Origin: Deinococcales bacterium
Lineage (GTDB): Bacteria; Deinococcota; Deinococci; Deinococcales; JAAFIG01
Length of the DNA stretch: 33,721 nucleotides
Assembly (NCBI GenBank): GCA_043778225.1
Contig: JAYWGM010000033.1
Span: forward strand, 1-33,721
Reading direction: 5' to 3'
The notes under the pieces are model-generated. The model did no database searches. It was not told the origin of the DNA and saw only the letters and a list, made by a program, of their open reading frames with translations. Made by a program: the position numbers and the translations under genes. Below are positions 10,224 to 19,997 of the stretch, piece by piece (position 1 is the first letter of the stretch; each line of letters begins with the position of its first letter).

Positions 10224-11527
10224 ATGCTCATTCAATTCACTACTGGCAACTTTCGTTCAATTGCTAGTGATATTAATTTTTCAATGGAAGTAGCACCCAC
10301 CTCAAAACGGGCTAAAAAGATGCGTGTTGATATTGAAAATCAATTGAGATACCAAATACAAAATTACTGAAATCTGCCGTTTTGTATGGTGCAAATGCAA
10401 GTGGAAAAAGTAATTTTGTACAAGCAATTCGTTTTATGCGAAATTTTGTTTTGCGTTCCTCTGCAATGCAAATAGGCGACAACATTGATGTGTCAGCATT
10501 TCGTTTTATTGAAGGTTTTCAAGAGAAACCATCATCATTTGAAATTATTTTTTTTGCATCTGACCAAAAGACTTATCGCTATGGTTTTAGCGTTACCAAC
10601 GAAAAAGTGATTGAAGAATGGCTTTACGTCAAAAGTACATCAAGAGAAATTTGCTTATTTGAAAGGAGAGAGCAAAAATTTGATGTTAAAAAGAAATTTA
10701 TTGAAGGTGAAAATATAGCAAACAAAACTCGAGACAACGCCTTATTTTTACCGACAGTTGCCCAATTTAACGGAGAAGTCTCGAGACTAATTATAGACTG
10801 GTTTAGGAGAATTCAAATTATAGACGGAACTGCTGACCAAGACCAAAGTAACTCGGCTGCCCAAGCAATCACAGATGAGAAACTAAAGAGAAAAGTCAGT
10901 GACTTTATAAAAAACTTAGACCTTTCAATCCAAGATGTCACTGTCGAAAAAAGTTCTAATGTAATCGATGGAGATAGTGAAGGGTCACAAATACTCTCTT
11001 TTATACAACTCACAACAAAATTTTTCCGAGAATCAACAAAAGAGAGGACTAGACTTCAGGTAATGACACGACACAACAAATTTTCATCGGATGGCAACTT
11101 GATTGGTTCTGAGACGGTTGATTTAACTGAATACGAATCTGAGGGAACAAAAAAACTATTTAATTTTGCACCCGCTTTTCTCGAGGGCTTAGAAAATCAA
11201 AGAATTTTCATCATAGATGAACTTGATGCAAAGCTGCACCCGCTACTGACGATTGCACTTATCAAAATGTTCCACTCAAATACCGGCTCAGGACATTGCT
11301 CACAACTGGTTTTTACAACTCATGACACAAACTTACTGACATCTGAGTTGTTTAGGCGTGACCAAATTTGGTTTGCTGAAAAAGACAAATTTGGGGCAAC
11401 CCAAATGTATTCGCTTTATGATTTCAAGCCTCAAGGCAAAAATGTTCGTACCGATGAGTTGTACGAAAAAAACTATCTTATTGGTAAATATGGAGCAATT
11501 CCGTACCTTGGAAACTTGAGGTTTTAA
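10224..11527 (+). pseudogene. AAA_21 ABC-type ATPase (RloA/AbiLi-like), split by a 1-nt frameshift
   Basis: GAGG RBS and MLIQFTTGNFRSI N-terminus stop at 10368-10370; the other frame gives LLKSAVLYGANASGKSN (Walker A), ESEGT, IIDELD, FTTHD. Confidence 0.8.
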
Positions 11528-11528
11528 T

Positions 11529-12137
11529 ATGGCTCGCCACTCAAAACCCAAGTTTTCTCAAGGTCGCCCTGCACCTACCAAAACCACGAAAAAAACGTTC
11601 TTAATCTTTTGCGAAGGTGAAAAAACCGAGCCAGATTATTTTAGGGCTTTTCGGATACGCGCAGATGTTAGAAAATACAGAGTCGAGGGAACGGGGTTTA
11701 ATACTGAAAGTCTTGTCAGAGATGTAATTGAACAAATAGAAAGTGGTTACTATGGTGAATACGATGAGGTTTGGTGTGTTTTTGACAAAGATAGCTTCAA
11801 GCCCAACCAATTTAATACAGCAATTCAAATGGCGCTTTCAAACAAAATGAAAGCTGCATACAGTAACGAGGCGTTTGAACTTTGGTATCTTTTGCATTTT
11901 GAATACTGTGAATCTGGCTTGAATCGAGCGACCTATAAAAAGCGACTGACAAAATATTTTGGTAAAGAATACAAAAAGAACGACCCCAAGATGTATGAAA
12001 CACTGCTACCAAATCAGGCTACGGCTATCAGAAATGCAAAAAGATTAGCCCAAATGCACATTTCAAATTCACCCGCCGACCACAATCCTGTCACATTGGT
12101 GTATCAGTTGGTTGAATCATTAAACAGTCCCGAATAG
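11529..12137 (+). CDS. rloB: RloB-family (AbiLii-like, TOPRIM-like) protein
   Basis: LIFCEGEKTEPDYF, VWCVFDKD, SNEAFELWYLLHF, NPVT motifs; 1 nt after the ATPase. Confidence 0.9.
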   Translation: MARHSKPKFSQGRPAPTKTTKKTFLIFCEGEKTEPDYFRAFRIRADVRKYRVEGTGFNTESLVRDVIEQIESGYYGEYDEVWCVFDKDSFKPNQFNTAIQMALSNKMKAAYSNEAFELWYLLHFEYCESGLNRATYKKRLTKYFGKEYKKNDPKMYETLLPNQATAIRNAKRLAQMHISNSPADHNPVTLVYQLVESLNSPE

Positions 12138-12185
12138 GTTTTTAAATTTCACGTCTCGAGCATCCAAACTCGAGGCATCGATTTT

Positions 12186-13400
12186 TCAATCCTTGACCAG
12201 TTCAATATCGGTCAGTTCGTGCCACGGTAAGCCCCACTGGTTCATGGCAGCCATAAAAGGGTCTGGGTCAAACTGCTCCATATTCCAGACGCCCGGCTTC
12301 ATCCAAACCCCCTCAAGCATCAGCATTGCACCAATCATGGCAGGAACACCCGTGGTGTAACTAATACCTTGAGCTTGGACTTCCTTAAAGGTCTCGGCAT
12401 GGTCGCAGACATTGTAAATAAAATGGGTTTTTGGCTTGCCATCTTTAATGCCTTTAATCTGCACCCCAATACAGGTTTTACCAGTGTAATTGGCAGCCAA
12501 ACTTTCTGGCGCGGGTAAAATCGCTTTTAAGAATTCGATTGGCGCAATATCCACACCTTTAATCCGAATTGGTTCGATGCTGGTCATGCCAACGGTCTCG
12601 AGAACCGACAGGTACTTGATGTACTGCTCGCCAAAAGTCATCCAGAACCGTGCGCGTTTAAGGCTCGGGTAGTGCTTCACCAAACTCTCGAGTTCTTCGT
12701 GGTACAACACAAAACTTTTGCGGGTTTGCACCCTTGGGTAATAAATATCTTGGCTAATCTCGAGCGGTGCGGTTTCGACCCACGCGCCATTTTCCCAATA
12801 ACGACCATTGGCTGTAATTTCGCGGATGTTAATTTCCGGGTTAAAATTAGTGGCAAAGGCTTTACCATGATTACCGTTGTTGCAATCCACAATGTCCATA
12901 TAGTGCATTTCGTCAAAGTGGTGCTTGGCGTGGTAGGCGCTGTAGACATTGGTTGCACCGGGGTCAAAACCCGAACCGAGCAGTGCCATTAAGCCCGCGT
13001 TAGCAAAACGCTCTTGGTACGCCCATTGCCAGCTATACTCGAATTTGGCAAGGTCTTTGGGTTCATAATTGGCGGTGTCCAAGTAATGAACCCCAGTCTC
13101 GAGACAAGCATCCATAATCGGTAAGTCCTGATAGGGGAGAGCCACGTTAATCACCATTTTGGGTTGGTACTCACCGATTAACTTGACCAGCGCCGCCACA
13201 TCATCAGCATCCACTTGGGCAGTCGTGACAACGGTTTTAGAGTTCGGGAAAAACTCTTTTATTTCGGCAGCAATTTTATCGCATTTGGCTTTGGTTCGAC
13301 TGGCAATCATCAGTTCGGTAAAAACCGAATCGTTTTGAGCGCATTTTTTAGCGACCACGCCGCCAACACCGCCAGCACCTATCATCAAGACTCGAGACAT
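12186..13400 (-). CDS. Saccharopine dehydrogenase family protein, probably carboxy(nor)spermidine dehydrogenase
   Basis: GAGGVG Rossmann fold, NVALPYQD, YLDTANYE, GFDPG, ATNFNPEINIRE. Confidence 0.88.
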   Translation of the reverse strand: MSRVLMIGAGGVGGVVAKKCAQNDSVFTELMIASRTKAKCDKIAAEIKEFFPNSKTVVTTAQVDADDVAALVKLIGEYQPKMVINVALPYQDLPIMDACLETGVHYLDTANYEPKDLAKFEYSWQWAYQERFANAGLMALLGSGFDPGATNVYSAYHAKHHFDEMHYMDIVDCNNGNHGKAFATNFNPEINIREITANGRYWENGAWVETAPLEISQDIYYPRVQTRKSFVLYHEELESLVKHYPSLKRARFWMTFGEQYIKYLSVLETVGMTSIEPIRIKGVDIAPIEFLKAILPAPESLAANYTGKTCIGVQIKGIKDGKPKTHFIYNVCDHAETFKEVQAQGISYTTGVPAMIGAMLMLEGVWMKPGVWNMEQFDPDPFMAAMNQWGLPWHELTDIELVKD

Positions 13401-13426
13401 AGGCTAAAGAATACCTTAATTCAAAG

Positions 13427-13735
13427 CTATTGTGGGTCAGTCAGGCTCAGTAACTGGGCAATTCGGTCTCGAGCCTCGAGCAATTCCATGCCCTCAAGGG
13501 TTTTTATGGCTTTTTGTGCCACCGCTAAATTCACTTCTGAGTCGTTCCAACTGGCGGTCAGTTGTGCGAGGTCTTGTAAAACGCTTTTTTGGTTTTCGGT
13601 AAAAAACATCTTTGCAATCGCGCTCGAGGCAGCAATCGCAGGTGGTTTTGCGTCCAGCACAGCCACACGCACCACTGCCAGCAGTTCCATAAAGGTTTGG
13701 TCGGTCGCCGCACGGACTTTGGGGTCGAGTTTCAT
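13427..13735 (-). CDS. Hypothetical helical protein
   Basis: 102-aa ORF with TAGGCT 6 nt before ATG. Confidence 0.65.
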   Translation of the reverse strand: MKLDPKVRAATDQTFMELLAVVRVAVLDAKPPAIAASSAIAKMFFTENQKSVLQDLAQLTASWNDSEVNLAVAQKAIKTLEGMELLEARDRIAQLLSLTDPQ

Positions 13736-13797
13736 AGGTCTAGCCTATCCGAATGAAGTAGTATTTTTAGCCTAACGAATACAGTAGTATTTTGCCA

Positions 13798-14520
13798 ATG
13801 AATCCTCTAGGTGTCTTGGTCTGTCATGGTTTTACGGCACAACCCAAAACGGTTGAGTATATCGCGCCGTTTCTCGAGCAAGCTGGACTACCGTTTGAAA
13901 TTCCAGCCTTACGCGGTCATGGCACGGTCTGGACAGACTTGCGTGGCGTAAAATGGCAAGACTGGCTTGAGGATGCCCTTGTTGCCTACGCCAGTCTCGA
14001 GGCGCGTTGCGAGCGCGTGGCGGTGGTTGGTCACAGCATGGGTGGCTTGGTGGCAGCCCAGATTGCCGCCCAAAAACCAGTCTCGAGCTTGGTTTTGGTT
14101 GCACCAGCCCTCAAATTCGCCAGTCCGCTTGCGCCCTTTGTTGGCTTACTACAAAGCGTGGTTAAAGATTTTAAGGGCGAGGGCAGTGCAATTCTTGACC
14201 CTGTTTTACGCGCCCAAGCCGAAAGCCAAAACATCACTTATCAAAAATTCCCGACCGCCACCTTTAGCGAACTCTGGAAAATGGCAACCGAGACCCAAAA
14301 AATCCTGCCTCGAGTGACTGCACCAACCCTGATTATGCACTCCTTAAAAGACACCGTGATTCCACCCAGCGCAGCCGACCTTGCACTCGAGCGAATTGGC
14401 AGTAGTGTCAAGCGCATTCGCTGGCTGCAAAATTGTAACCACGAAGTTTTTTGGGATGCCGAACGGAACAGCATCTGCGAGGAAATCACCAAATTTGTTC
14501 TCGAGATGGGTAAAGCATAG
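13798..14520 (+). CDS. Alpha/beta hydrolase (carboxylesterase/monoacylglycerol lipase type)
   Basis: HGF oxyanion motif, GHSMG nucleophile elbow, catalytic Asp/His region; TAGTAT 7 nt before ATG 13798. Confidence 0.9.
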   Translation: MNPLGVLVCHGFTAQPKTVEYIAPFLEQAGLPFEIPALRGHGTVWTDLRGVKWQDWLEDALVAYASLEARCERVAVVGHSMGGLVAAQIAAQKPVSSLVLVAPALKFASPLAPFVGLLQSVVKDFKGEGSAILDPVLRAQAESQNITYQKFPTATFSELWKMATETQKILPRVTAPTLIMHSLKDTVIPPSAADLALERIGSSVKRIRWLQNCNHEVFWDAERNSICEEITKFVLEMGKA

Positions 14521-14610
14521 GGTGAAAAGGTGAAAAGTAAAAAAGGCTAAAAGTAAACAACAAAGGCTTGATTTGCTTTCCCTTTTAACCTTTTACCCTT
14601 TTAACCTTAC
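14520..14610. repeat. Octamer tandem repeat with inverted arm, between convergent genes
   Basis: GGGTGAAAAGGTGAAAAGTAAAAAAGGCTAAAAG...CCTTTTAACCTTTTACCCTTTTAACC. Confidence 0.75.
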
Positions 14611-14611
14611 T

Positions 14612-15334
14612 TTATCGCCCGACCAGAATCACATTTAATGGCAATTCTCGGTTGCCTTGTAGCCCCAGTAAAAAACCGACTTCATCATCAAAAAAAGTGC
14701 TGATTGAGCGTGCCGATAAACCAAGGGCGGTACTTGCCAACAAAACATTTTGGGCGGCATAACCAGCCTCGAGATACAGATGCCGATAGCCGCGCTCGGC
14801 GTGGGCGGTCACGGTGCGCTCGACCACACCCGTAAAAATCAGGGCAATAGCGCTGGTGTCCACACTGGCATCGTTGAGAAGTGCGCCAACCAAATCCTTG
14901 GTGGTGTCGCCAATGCGGACTTGCTCGAGTTGATGTTCGCGCACCACATAATGGTAAACCCCTGCAAAAGTATCGGCAATGCTGCGAGCCACAAGGTAAA
15001 TCTCGAGCGGATACGCCCCAGATGGACTCGGCACAGTGCGGTAAGGCAAATTGCTGCCGCCGGGACGCTGCCCAGTAATCCCTTGGGCTGCCCAGAGTAA
15101 CTGCGCCACCTCGGAAATTGTAATTGAAGCGCCAATTTCAGGGGTCTGAGAACGCCGCGCCGTGACCACGCTCCAAAATCCCGCTCCGCCTTTTTGCTTT
15201 GCCGACGGTAAACGGATCGTCTCGAGTGGGCTGGCATACACCTTAAAAGCAGGTACGCGCTTTCCAACCGGAAAGGTATCGCCGCGCTTGAGTTTGGTTT
15301 GGTCTACGAACTTCTCGCCGATGGATTCTTTCAT
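14612..15334 (-). CDS. SagB/ThcOx-family nitroreductase-like dehydrogenase
   Basis: RRS, LLWAAQG, RTVPSPSGAYPLEIY, EAGYAAQN motifs. Confidence 0.88.
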   Translation of the reverse strand: MKESIGEKFVDQTKLKRGDTFPVGKRVPAFKVYASPLETIRLPSAKQKGGAGFWSVVTARRSQTPEIGASITISEVAQLLWAAQGITGQRPGGSNLPYRTVPSPSGAYPLEIYLVARSIADTFAGVYHYVVREHQLEQVRIGDTTKDLVGALLNDASVDTSAIALIFTGVVERTVTAHAERGYRHLYLEAGYAAQNVLLASTALGLSARSISTFFDDEVGFLLGLQGNRELPLNVILVGR

Positions 15335-15411
15335 GCTGCCTCGAGATGGACTCCCGCAAAACCCGAGAGATTAGGGATGCGCGAGTTTAACACAAGGGGG
15401 TAAGATAATTC

Positions 15412-16041
15412 ATGCTTGTCAAAGATTGGATGACCCCAGCCCCACTGACCATCGCACCGAATACAGTCGTTCTCGAGGCGCTTAAACTCTTAAAAGCCCA
15501 TAAATTTAGGCGTTTACCTGTGGTGGATGGTGCAAAACTGGTCGGTATTGTCACCGATAAAGACCTCAAAGATGCGATGCCAACCAAAGCCACAACCCTT
15601 TCGGTCTGGGAACTCAATTACTTGTTGGCAAAATTAACGGTGCGTGAAGTCATGGCAACCCCTGTCAAAACTTGTCGCGCCTCGGACACCCTCGAGAGTG
15701 CTGCCCTGACGATGCAATCTAAAAAAATAGCCGGTTTACCAGTTTTGGATGGCGCAGGCGCACTGGTTGGAATGCTGACGATCACCGATGTTTTAGGAGC
15801 GTTTACCCAAGTTTTGGGCTTAAAAGAAGGCGGTGTGCGCCTGACCCTCGAGATGCCCGATGTCCCCGGCAGTCTGGTGGCTGCCAGTCAAGCGATTCAA
15901 CCCGCCAACATTGTCAGTGTTGCCACGGCTGGCTCGAGCAATGGCAAGCGCAAGTTGGTGATTCGTGCCACGGGCGACACCCTAGAAGCGTTGTCGGAGC
16001 GGCTGACCGAAGCGGGAATAAATGTATTGAACGTACAGTAG
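15412..16041 (+). CDS. CBS-pair + ACT domain protein (AcuB-like)
   Basis: [24 protein letters not shown], second CBS, C-terminal DVPGSL ACT-like segment. Confidence 0.88.
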   Translation: MLVKDWMTPAPLTIAPNTVVLEALKLLKAHKFRRLPVVDGAKLVGIVTDKDLKDAMPTKATTLSVWELNYLLAKLTVREVMATPVKTCRASDTLESAALTMQSKKIAGLPVLDGAGALVGMLTITDVLGAFTQVLGLKEGGVRLTLEMPDVPGSLVAASQAIQPANIVSVATAGSSNGKRKLVIRATGDTLEALSERLTEAGINVLNVQ

Positions 16042-16106
16042 AAACAAGAGGAAGGTCAGCATATTATTTTCCTCTTTTCTCTGCTTTTGAATGGTAACAT
16101 TCTGGT

Positions 16107-17105
16107 ATGTCCGAAGCTCGAGTACCACTTTTTCCTGATTACCAAAGTCCAGCGTTTCGATTTGCTGATATTTTTGCGGGAATTGGTGGAATGCGACTTG
16201 GTTTTGAAGCGGTTGGCGGGCAGTGCGTTTTTTCTTCAGAATGGGATGTGCATTCGCAAAAAACGTACTTTGCAAATCATGCTGATTTTCCAAAGGGCGA
16301 TATTACACTTGTTCCTTCGAGTGAAATTCCTAATTTTGATGTGCTACTGGCAGGATTTCCGTGTCAGCCTTTTAGCAGTATTGGTTTGCGTCAAGGTTTT
16401 TTACATCAGACCCAAGGCACTTTGTTCTATGAAATTGCGCGGATTCTGCGCGATAAGAAACCACTGGCTTTTCTGCTTGAGAATGTTGAAGGGCTAGTCA
16501 CACATAACAACGGTGAGACCATGAGCATTATTCTCGAGACCCTGCGCGAACTTGGGTATGCTGTTTCGTACCAAGTGCTGGATGCTTCGCAATTTGGTGT
16601 GCCTCAGAAACGCAAACGCATTTATATTGTTGGACATAAACTCGAGAATGCAGAGTTTGCCTTTCCAAAAGGCACACGTTCAGATGTTTTTATTGGACAA
16701 TTTATTGAATCGAATATCGAAGGGTACAGTATTTCTGAGCATTTGCAAAAAACATATATTTTCAAAAAAGACGATGGTAAACCTGCGATAGTTAGCCCAG
16801 ACTCGAGGATTCAGATTAAAACCCAAGTCGCTTCGTATCATAAAATTCAGCGCTTAACAGGAACATTTGTGCGTGATGGGAAGACTGGCTTGCGCTTACT
16901 GACCGAAAACGAATGCAAAGCGATTATGGGATTCCCGCCGCATTTTATATTCCCAGTCTCGAGAACCCAAATGTACCGTCAGATAGGAAATTCGGTGACT
17001 ATACCTGTGATAGTCGAAATTGCTAAACAGATGTTTGGTAAAATTATTCAAGTACATTTTAATGAAAAACGTAGAAGTAAAGCCTATTCACGACATTTAG
17101 CTTAA
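16107..17105 (+). CDS. C5-cytosine DNA methyltransferase
   Basis: Motifs I FAGIGG, IV GFPCQPFS, VI ENV, VIII QKRKRIY, X RQIGNSV. Confidence 0.96.
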   Translation: MSEARVPLFPDYQSPAFRFADIFAGIGGMRLGFEAVGGQCVFSSEWDVHSQKTYFANHADFPKGDITLVPSSEIPNFDVLLAGFPCQPFSSIGLRQGFLHQTQGTLFYEIARILRDKKPLAFLLENVEGLVTHNNGETMSIILETLRELGYAVSYQVLDASQFGVPQKRKRIYIVGHKLENAEFAFPKGTRSDVFIGQFIESNIEGYSISEHLQKTYIFKKDDGKPAIVSPDSRIQIKTQVASYHKIQRLTGTFVRDGKTGLRLLTENECKAIMGFPPHFIFPVSRTQMYRQIGNSVTIPVIVEIAKQMFGKIIQVHFNEKRRSKAYSRHLA

Positions 17106-17136
17106 AAATGTTGGTAAAGATTATTGAGGAGAAAAT

Positions 17137-17736
17137 ATGGCAGATAACCTAGGCAAAAGAGCAATTAAGCAAGTTGATCTTGTAAAAGAATATTTCATGA
17201 GTCATCCAAATGAAGATATAAAACATAGCGAAGTGGTTGGCTGGTTACAGCAAACTTTTAAGGAAAGAACAGGTGGACAATTTGCAGATCCAGATAGACA
17301 AATTAGAACTTTGAGTCAACAAGGATTTCTAATAAAGAAGGCTAAGGGTGTCTATTGTTATGATCCTGAAGCAGTTCATTCACGCGAATTAGAGTATTTT
17401 TCTGATGAGCAAAAAAGAATAATTAAAGAACGTGATGGTTTTAAGTGTGTCATTTGTGGAAAAGGTGTTAAAGACGGAATTGAACTTCACGTTGATCATA
17501 TTAAACCCAAAGAACTAGGTGGACAAGCTATAATTGAAAACGGTCAAACATTATGTGCACAACACAATTTTATGAAAAAGACTTTAAAGCAAACTGAGAC
17601 AGGGAAAAAAATGTTTTTACGATTATATGAACTTGCAAAATCGGAAGGTGATACGAATTTACAAGATTTTTGTAAAGCAATTCTTTCAACTTTTGAAACC
17701 CATGGGATTAATGGACATATTGAGTGGAAACCATAA
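17137..17736 (+). CDS. HNH endonuclease, probable type II restriction partner
   Basis: RDGFKCVICG...HVDHIKP...GG...N.QTLC..HN; GAGGAG RBS; directly after the methyltransferase; AT-rich. Confidence 0.88.
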   Translation: MADNLGKRAIKQVDLVKEYFMSHPNEDIKHSEVVGWLQQTFKERTGGQFADPDRQIRTLSQQGFLIKKAKGVYCYDPEAVHSRELEYFSDEQKRIIKERDGFKCVICGKGVKDGIELHVDHIKPKELGGQAIIENGQTLCAQHNFMKKTLKQTETGKKMFLRLYELAKSEGDTNLQDFCKAILSTFETHGINGHIEWKP

Positions 17737-17842
17737 TGCAATTAGAAGCTTTTAGATATATTACGAGCAGTGCGAATAGAAGAGTCGCCTTCACAAAAAT
17801 GCTTGTTCAACATTTGGTTCTCTCCTCAGCGATGGTGCAAGC

Positions 17843-19042
17843 ATGAACCCAATTTTATCTAAACCCCAAACCTTTGAACTTTTCGCTGCCCCCGGTTGTC
17901 TCGAGGAAGCGCTGCTCGAGGCAGAAGTGATTGCTTCTAAACCGTGGAAACCCCTGAAATTCGCGCCCATTTTCTCAATCCAAAAAGGCTATCTGCGCCT
18001 TGCCAATGCCTCATGGGATTTTGCTTGCGAACTGGCGGCTCGAGCCACGACTTTGCATGATGTGCGCCTGACTTTCCCAAAGTCTCGGGTGCATGGCTGG
18101 AACGACCTACCGCGCCTGCTCGAGAAATTACCGTGGGGCGTGTTGCTGCCAGAGCGTGCCAGCCTCGAGATTCGGGCTGAGGCGTTTCCGGGGGTGATTC
18201 CACACGCTGGGCGAATGACCAAAATTATCGAAGAACTATTTGCGGCAAATGGTTTTCGGATTACGCCCGACGAGCCGCATTTTCGGATTCATGTCACCTC
18301 TGGCGGCGACTACTTGCGGGTGGCGGTCAGCCTTGGCAACGATGCCCTGCATAAGCGCGGCTGGCGAGCCAGCACGGGTACACTTGCACCCTTGCGCGAA
18401 GACATTGCGGCGGCGGCACTATGGCGTTTAGCCACTTTCGAGCCACGGGTTCTCGAGGCAGTCCAGATTGCGGTGCCGTTTGCGGGCAGTGGTACACTAG
18501 GACTCGAGGCATGGCAAAGTTTATTTGGCTTACCGCCAGCCATTTGGGGTACAGAACGCCCGTGGCAGCGCCTCGCCAATCCAAGTACCGCCACGCTCGA
18601 GTGGTGGCAAAAACGAATTGCCCGAGCCGCCACAGACACGCAATTGCCCGAAATTACCTTTTTGGAAAATGATGCCAGCCAATTGCTCGAACTCGAGGGC
18701 AATATGCAAAAAGTGCAAAAAACCATCCAAGCCGAGATTGCGGTCTTAAATGCCGATGCTTTTAGCACCGATTTTTTAGCTCGAGATGGCATTGTTTTGT
18801 TGCCACTGCACCCGCCATATGGCTTGCGTTTAGCGTCCGAGAACCCCGAATTACTGTATGCCAAACTTGGCAAATCGGTACAAAAATGGGCGCTCGAGTC
18901 CAAAGTAGCGGGTTTTTGCTTATGCCCATCCGAAGTCTCGTGGCGAGCCTTTAAGTCTGGTTTGGCTGGAATGAAGGCGCAAACCACGCACTTAACCCAA
19001 GGCGGTTTGGATATTCGGGTTTGCTGTTTTAGCAATCTATAA
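17843..19042 (+). CDS. THUMP-type class I SAM-dependent RNA methyltransferase (RlmL-like, divergent)
   Basis: LHKRGWR, APLREDIAAA, PFAGSGT, HPPYG. Confidence 0.75.
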   Translation: MNPILSKPQTFELFAAPGCLEEALLEAEVIASKPWKPLKFAPIFSIQKGYLRLANASWDFACELAARATTLHDVRLTFPKSRVHGWNDLPRLLEKLPWGVLLPERASLEIRAEAFPGVIPHAGRMTKIIEELFAANGFRITPDEPHFRIHVTSGGDYLRVAVSLGNDALHKRGWRASTGTLAPLREDIAAAALWRLATFEPRVLEAVQIAVPFAGSGTLGLEAWQSLFGLPPAIWGTERPWQRLANPSTATLEWWQKRIARAATDTQLPEITFLENDASQLLELEGNMQKVQKTIQAEIAVLNADAFSTDFLARDGIVLLPLHPPYGLRLASENPELLYAKLGKSVQKWALESKVAGFCLCPSEVSWRAFKSGLAGMKAQTTHLTQGGLDIRVCCFSNL

Positions 19043-19600
19043 AATCGTTACAAGTTTAACCTCGAGCCGCACTGCATCGTCGGTTTTTAGCCACAAGAAT
19101 TCTGGGCGCTCGAGCTTATGGGCATCCAGAGAAATTGTAAAAGTGCTTTCGGCAGTCAAGCGCCGCGTGTTGCCATCGTAGGCAATCTCGAGCGGAATCT
19201 CGAGGTCTTTGGTAATTCCGCCCAACTCGAGTTTAACTTTGGCTTTGAAAGTACGGCTTTCGCCGCTAATCAGGGTACGCTTTTCGCCGCTTAGGCTGCT
19301 GCTTTTGATGCTGATAACTGGAAATCTTGCGACCTTAAAAACATTGTTTCGGGCGTTGTCGTCGCGGATTCCATTGCCACTGTTAAATTTGGCTGGGCGA
19401 ACAGTGGCAGTAAAATCGGTCTCGAGCGGGCGTTTTAAGTCCAAATTCCAGTTCAGTGTTTCGAGTGGGGCTTGACCCGACCATTTATCTGCGCCAGCAC
19501 TGGCAAAATAGGTTACGCCAGAACCCACCTCGAGTTTTTGGCTGCTTTGGGCAAGGCTGAGGGTGGTGAGGCTCAGAAAAACCAATAAAAACCGTTTCAT
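19037..19600 (-). CDS. YceI-family lipid/polyisoprenoid-binding secreted protein
   Basis: Signal peptide MKRFLLVFLSL; SGNGIRDD...F....FP.I motif; TAAACT 7 nt before ATG 19600. Confidence 0.85.
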   Translation of the reverse strand: MKRFLLVFLSLTTLSLAQSSQKLEVGSGVTYFASAGADKWSGQAPLETLNWNLDLKRPLETDFTATVRPAKFNSGNGIRDDNARNNVFKVARFPVISIKSSSLSGEKRTLISGESRTFKAKVKLELGGITKDLEIPLEIAYDGNTRRLTAESTFTISLDAHKLERPEFLWLKTDDAVRLEVKLVTIL

Positions 19601-19702
19601 GGATTTTAGTTTAATTCTTTTGGCGCAAGGTGTCTGTACAGCGCCATCCAATGTAGGACAAATCACATCAAACTTGAGTCTGGTTGTGTTAGATTATGCA
19701 AC

Positions 19703-19948
19703 ATGAATCAGAATTTCTCGGAAGTCATAGAAAAACTAAAAATTGAACACGCCGAAAATCTGGCACAAATGCCACTGCCACTTGGCGCAGAAGAATTTCT
19801 GAAAACCAAAATTTTCGAGCAGGACTCGGAAACTGTGGTCTTTATGCTCAAGCTGGCATGGGTTTTTGGGGCGCAAGCTGGGCAGCAAGCTGTGGCACAA
19901 GCCCAGATGCTCGAGCAAATGCCACAGCGTCGGCGAGTCGAGGCTTAG
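19703..19948 (+). CDS. ddrH: DdrH-like DNA damage response protein
   Basis: MPLP.G...FM.KLAW.FGAQ.G pattern as I recall it from Deinococcus DdrH; matching size (81 aa). Confidence 0.7.
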   Translation: MNQNFSEVIEKLKIEHAENLAQMPLPLGAEEFLKTKIFEQDSETVVFMLKLAWVFGAQAGQQAVAQAQMLEQMPQRRRVEA

Positions 19949-19953
19949 GTATT

Positions 19954-19991
19954 AAAGAACCGCTCGAGCTAAATGCTCGAGCGGTCTTTTT
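19954..19991. terminator. Bidirectional terminator built from paired CTCGAG
   Basis: ACCGCTCGAGC-TAAAT-GCTCGAGCGGT then CTTTTT, between convergent genes. Confidence 0.75.
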
Positions 19992-19997
19992 GTGGTT

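Noticed and set aside
14612..15334. SagB dehydrogenase as the maturase of the 54-aa peptide
   Set aside because: It lies about 9 kb away with no YcaO cyclodehydratase; stand-alone SagB-like nitroreductases are common
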